From Spirochaetia bacterium (lineage in GTDB: Bacteria > Spirochaetota > Spirochaetia > SZUA-6 > Bin103): 64,000 nt of DNA. Each line of letters starts with the position of its first letter. Position 1 is the stretch's first letter. The stretch is taken from NCBI GenBank assembly GCA_965198005.1, contig CBDAOI010000003.1, forward strand, positions 256,001-320,000. Direction: 5' to 3'. The position numbers were made by a program, and so were the translations under genes. Under the pieces are notes generated by a model, which saw nothing but the letters and a program-made list of their open reading frames with translations, had not been told where the DNA came from and did not search any database. Shown piece by piece: positions 60,292-64,000 of the stretch.

Positions 60292-60398
60292 GTGGTGCGT
60301 GCAGACCCTATACCCATAGCAGGAGTTGCGGGGGTGGCTCAAGCGCCCCGCGTGCGCCGGGGCACCGGCGTGCCGGGGCGCCCACTGGCCGCGCGGCT

Positions 60399-61049
60399 CT
60401 ACCGCTCGACCTGGCGCTGGCCCGCCGGCAACCCCAACTGCCTCAGCCGTTGCTGGGTCGCCGCCACGCTGCGTTCGTCCAGGCCGGGAATGACCACCCG
60501 CGTCACCGTCCCCGCCTGCTCCTCGACCACCGTGAACCCGGCGCCGCGCAGGCGTCCGGCCAGCCGCCGCGCGTTGTCGGCGTGCGCGAACGCGCCCACC
60601 TGGATCCGGTAGGTCGCGGGCGGATCGCCGCCGCGCACCACCTCCAGCCGCACCGGCGCGGTGCCGGTGCGCACCAGGTCCAGGTCGCGCGCCGCCCCCA
60701 TCGACAAGTCGATGATGCGGTCCTTCACGAACGGGCCGCGGTCGTTGATCCGCACTACCGTCGAGGCGCCGGTGCGGAGGTGGATCACGCGCACCACGGT
60801 GTTGAACGGCAACGTCCGATGCGCCGCGGTGTGGCCGTGCATGTCGTAGGTCTCGCCGTTGGCGGTGGCGCGACCGTGAAACTCCGCCCCGTACCAGGAG
60901 GCGACCCCCTCGGCGCGGCCGGCACCCGCACCGGCACCGGGCGCGTTCCCGGCCTGCCCCGACGCACCGCTCCCGTCCCAGGTCGCGCAGCTCACCGCGC
61001 CGCACAGCAGGTAGACCGCCAGCCCCAGCCCCGACAGGACGCACTTCAT
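60399..61049 (-). CDS. rlpA: RlpA-family lytic transglycosylase with SPOR domain
   Basis: GVASWYG..FHG..TANGE, AAHRTLP, INDRGPF, IIDLS, IQVGAF. Confidence 0.95.
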   Translation of the reverse strand: MKCVLSGLGLAVYLLCGAVSCATWDGSGASGQAGNAPGAGAGAGRAEGVASWYGAEFHGRATANGETYDMHGHTAAHRTLPFNTVVRVIHLRTGASTVVRINDRGPFVKDRIIDLSMGAARDLDLVRTGTAPVRLEVVRGGDPPATYRIQVGAFAHADNARRLAGRLRGAGFTVVEEQAGTVTRVVIPGLDERSVAATQQRLRQLGLPAGQRQVER

Positions 61050-61138
61050 CCTTTAGAGTATCGGAAGAGTATCGGAACCAGCGGAACCACCGGCCGGCAC
61101 ATTGGCGTATACTGAGCGCAACCCGACCGGAGGGCCTG

Positions 61139-61630
61139 ATGCTGCAACATCTCATTTTCGCCTACCGTTTCAATCTCGACCGTGCGCGCGTGCTGGTCAG
61201 TGACCTGTCGGACGAGCAGATGGTCCTGCAGCCGCACGGCGTCATCAACCATCCCGCCTGGACGCTGGGCCACTTGGCGGCGACGTCGAACAGCCTGGCG
61301 GGGCTGCTCGGGCTGGAATCCACGTTCCCTGACGCGTGGCGGGACGCGTGCCGGACCGGCGGCACACCCGACGGCGACGCCGCCGCGTTCCCGTCGAAAG
61401 GGCAGCTCCTGGAACAGCTCGCGCACCAGCACGAACGGGTCGGCGGCGCGATCGAGACCGCCGATCCCGCGCTGTTCGCCCGCGAACACCCGCATCCCGG
61501 CGCGCGTGCCCGGTTTCCCACGATCGGCGACACCGCCGCGTTCCTGATGTCGGTGCACGAGGCCAACCACCTCGGGCAGATCACCGCTTGGCGGCGCGCC
61601 GTGGGCCTGGGACCGGCGACCGGTCATTAG
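61139..61630 (+). CDS. DinB family protein
   Basis: NHPAWTLGHLA, HEANHLGQI. Confidence 0.88.
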   Translation: MLQHLIFAYRFNLDRARVLVSDLSDEQMVLQPHGVINHPAWTLGHLAATSNSLAGLLGLESTFPDAWRDACRTGGTPDGDAAAFPSKGQLLEQLAHQHERVGGAIETADPALFAREHPHPGARARFPTIGDTAAFLMSVHEANHLGQITAWRRAVGLGPATGH

Positions 61631-61711
61631 GAGGCGGTCGGAATGCGACAGATGGGCCGACGGATAGGCCGACGGCAACGCCGCGCGACGGCCGGTTCGA
61701 GGCGCTAGTGC

Positions 61712-63304
61712 ATGGCTGCGCTGCACTGGGCGGACGCGGCCGCGGAACGCATCATCCGCCAACGCGGCGACCGCGCGCACTACGTGGTGGCCTCGGGCGT
61801 GTCGCCGTCGGGCTCGGTGCACTTCGGCCATCTGCGCGAGGTGATGTCCACCGAGTTGGTGGCGCGCGCGCTGCGCGACCGCGGCAAGCAGGTCCGCTTC
61901 ATCTACTCCTGGGACGACTACGACGCATTCCGGCAGGTGCCCGCCAACCTGCCGCGCCGGGAGGAGCTTGCCCGCCACCTGCGCAAACCGGTGGTGGACG
62001 TGCCGGACCCGTTCGGTGCGGCACCCAACTATGCGGCGGGCTTCGAGCGGGGGCTGGAACGGGTGCTGCCGCGGCTGGGGATCCAGCCCGATTACCGGTA
62101 CCAGGCGGCCCGCTACCGCGCCGGCACCTACGCCGCCGCCATCCGCACCGCACTCGGGGCGCGGGCCGCCATCCGCGCCATCCTCGACCAGCACCGCACC
62201 ACGCCGTTGCCGGACTCCTACTGGCCGATCACGGTCTACTCGGAGTTGGACGGCACCGACAACACCACCGTGCTCGACTGGGACGGGGCCGATACCGTGA
62301 CCTACCGCGACGTGGACGGCGCCGAGCGCCAACTCGACCTGAGCCGCGCGGGCGCCGCCGCCAAGCTGCTCTGGCGGGTCGACTGGCCGATGCGCTGGGC
62401 GCACGAAGGGGTGGACTTCGAGCCCGCCGGCAAGGATCACCTGGTCGCCGGCGGCTCGTTCGACACCGCCACCGAAATCGTGCGCGAGGTGTTCGGCGGG
62501 GAACCGCCTGCCACCTTCCTGTATGGCGACGTGGGGGTCAAGGGCGGCGCCGGCCGCATCTCGTCCTCCGCCGGCAACGCGGTCACCATCGAGCAGGTGC
62601 TCGCCGTCTACCAGCCGGAGGTGGTGCGGTTTCACTATGCCGGCACCCGCCCCAACGCCGAGTTCGTGGTGTCGTTCGACCTTGACGTGCTCAAGATCTA
62701 CGAGGACTACGACCGCACCGAGCGGGTCTACTTCGGGGTCGAGGAGGCGAGCGCCAAGCGCCGCGACCGCGACCGGCGGGTGTACGAACTGTCGCAGCTC
62801 GCGGCGGTGCCGGAGCGCATGCCTCCGCAGGTAACCTTGCGTCACCTGTGCAACCTGCTCCAGATCCGCGACGGCGACGTGGCGGCGACGGTGGCGGCGC
62901 TGGTGCCGGAGCAGGGGCTGACGGCGCCGGAGCAGGAGGATGCGCGCCGTCGCCTGGAAGCGCGCGCCCGCTGCGCCGCCGCCTGGCTGGAGAGCTACGC
63001 GCCCGCCGCCATGCGCTTCCGGCTGCGCCGGCCGCACCAGCCGGCGCAGCCCATGCCGGCTCGGGAGGCGGCTGCGCTCGGCGCGCTGTACCGCGAGCTG
63101 GACTGCCTGGACCGGCATGACGGCGCCTCCCTTTCCAACCGCCTCTATGTCATCGCCGCGGAGCACGACCTGAAGCCGGTGGCACTGTTCCAGGCCGCGT
63201 ACCGGGCCCTGCTCGGCGCCGAGCGGGGGCCGCGGCTGGCGGACTTCATCCTGCTGAGCGGCCGGGAACGGATCGCGCCGCTGCTGGCGGCCTACGGCGC
63301 GTGA
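61712..63304 (+). CDS. lysS: lysyl-tRNA synthetase, class I
   Basis: HWAD, SGVSPSG.VHFGH, WRVDWPMRW, GKDH, RISSSAGN (KMSKS-like), GPRLA. Confidence 0.96.
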   Translation: MAALHWADAAAERIIRQRGDRAHYVVASGVSPSGSVHFGHLREVMSTELVARALRDRGKQVRFIYSWDDYDAFRQVPANLPRREELARHLRKPVVDVPDPFGAAPNYAAGFERGLERVLPRLGIQPDYRYQAARYRAGTYAAAIRTALGARAAIRAILDQHRTTPLPDSYWPITVYSELDGTDNTTVLDWDGADTVTYRDVDGAERQLDLSRAGAAAKLLWRVDWPMRWAHEGVDFEPAGKDHLVAGGSFDTATEIVREVFGGEPPATFLYGDVGVKGGAGRISSSAGNAVTIEQVLAVYQPEVVRFHYAGTRPNAEFVVSFDLDVLKIYEDYDRTERVYFGVEEASAKRRDRDRRVYELSQLAAVPERMPPQVTLRHLCNLLQIRDGDVAATVAALVPEQGLTAPEQEDARRRLEARARCAAAWLESYAPAAMRFRLRRPHQPAQPMPAREAAALGALYRELDCLDRHDGASLSNRLYVIAAEHDLKPVALFQAAYRALLGAERGPRLADFILLSGRERIAPLLAAYGA

Positions 63305-64000
63305 GCGGCACCCCGGCAGGCACGGCGGGCGCGGCGGGCATGGCAGACCCGGCAGGCACCGAAAACCCGGAGCGCACGGCGCCCGCGGACGCCGTCAAGG
63401 CCGCCGTGGGTGAAGCCGCCGCGGCGCTGGTGGAGTCCGGCATGCGGGTGGGCCTCGGCACCGGCTCCACTGCCGTGCACGCGGTGGGCGTCATCGCCGC
63501 GCGGGTGCGCCGGGGAACGCTGCGCGAGCTGGCGCTGGTGCCGACCAGCTCGCAGGTCCGGGCCGTGTGCTGGGTGCTGGGTCTGAACCTGCTGTCTCTG
63601 AACGATCCCGCCGTGGCGGGGGCGCTCGACCTCACCATCGACGGCGCCGACGAGGTGGATGCGCAGTGGCGCCTGATCAAGGGCGGCGGCGGCGCCCTGC
63701 TCAGTGAGAAGATTGCGGCCCATGCCAGTGCCCGCTACGCGATCGTGGTGGACGAGTCGAAGCTGGTGGACGTGCTCGGGGCGCGGTTCCCGGTGCCGAT
63801 CGAGGTGGTCCCGGAAGCGCTGGCGCCGGTGCGTGCCGGGCTCGAGCGGCGCGGTTACCAGCCGGCGCTGCGCCTGGCGGTGCGCAAGCAGGGGCCGGTG
63901 GTGACCGACAACGGCAACTTCATTCTGGACGCGCGGCCGCCGGTGGAATTCGACCCCGTGGCCGCCGAGCGCGAGCTGGCGGCAATTCCCGGCATCGTCG
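63301..64000 (+). CDS. rpiA: ribose-5-phosphate isomerase A, 3' end off the window
   Basis: manual translation: VGLGTGST, DGADEVD, IKGGGGALLSEK, TDNGN. Confidence 0.95.
   Translation, partial: MSGTPAGTAGAAGMADPAGTENPERTAPADAVKAAVGEAAAALVESGMRVGLGTGSTAVHAVGVIAARVRRGTLRELALVPTSSQVRAVCWVLGLNLLSLNDPAVAGALDLTIDGADEVDAQWRLIKGGGGALLSEKIAAHASARYAIVVDESKLVDVLGARFPVPIEVVPEALAPVRAGLERRGYQPALRLAVRKQGPVVTDNGNFILDARPPVEFDPVAAERELAAIPGIV

Overview
Very GC-rich bacterial chromosome segment, most likely from a Spirochaetota bacterium: it carries archaeal-type PheRS alpha/beta, class I LysRS, ThyX, a type 2 IPP isomerase and LA_3696/DUF1640-like coiled-coil proteins. A host-associated lifestyle (e.g. sponge symbiont) is only an inference. 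Intact housekeeping blocks (mutM, larA-like, thyX, purH-like, fni, M16 peptidase, murB, pheST, nadE, tRNA-Arg(CCT), rlpA, lysS, rpiA) alternate with lower-GC accessory zones. (i) About 21.5-36.3 kb is a mosaic: an ATPase-less dpp/opp operon, a triple ~120-bp promoter-bearing repeat, decayed tandem copies of a SLOG/DprA-like unit, a split DUF222-like/HNH gene, an IS66-family remnant, toxin-antitoxin relics and a frameshifted spermidine-synthase-like/TPR gene. (ii) About 43-57.6 kb is a defence-like island: an orphan ABC ATPase, an AAA_14/DUF4143 + STAND-NTPase/nuclease operon behind a palindromic operator, a Septu/PtuAB-like ATPase-HNH pair bracketed by duplicated nuclease-like genes, and a tandemly repeated module with variable cargo. 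Accessory genes show many short-repeat-mediated deletions, short tandem duplications and one precise micro-inversion, while nearly all core genes are intact. All family assignments come from motif recognition by eye; no database search was run.
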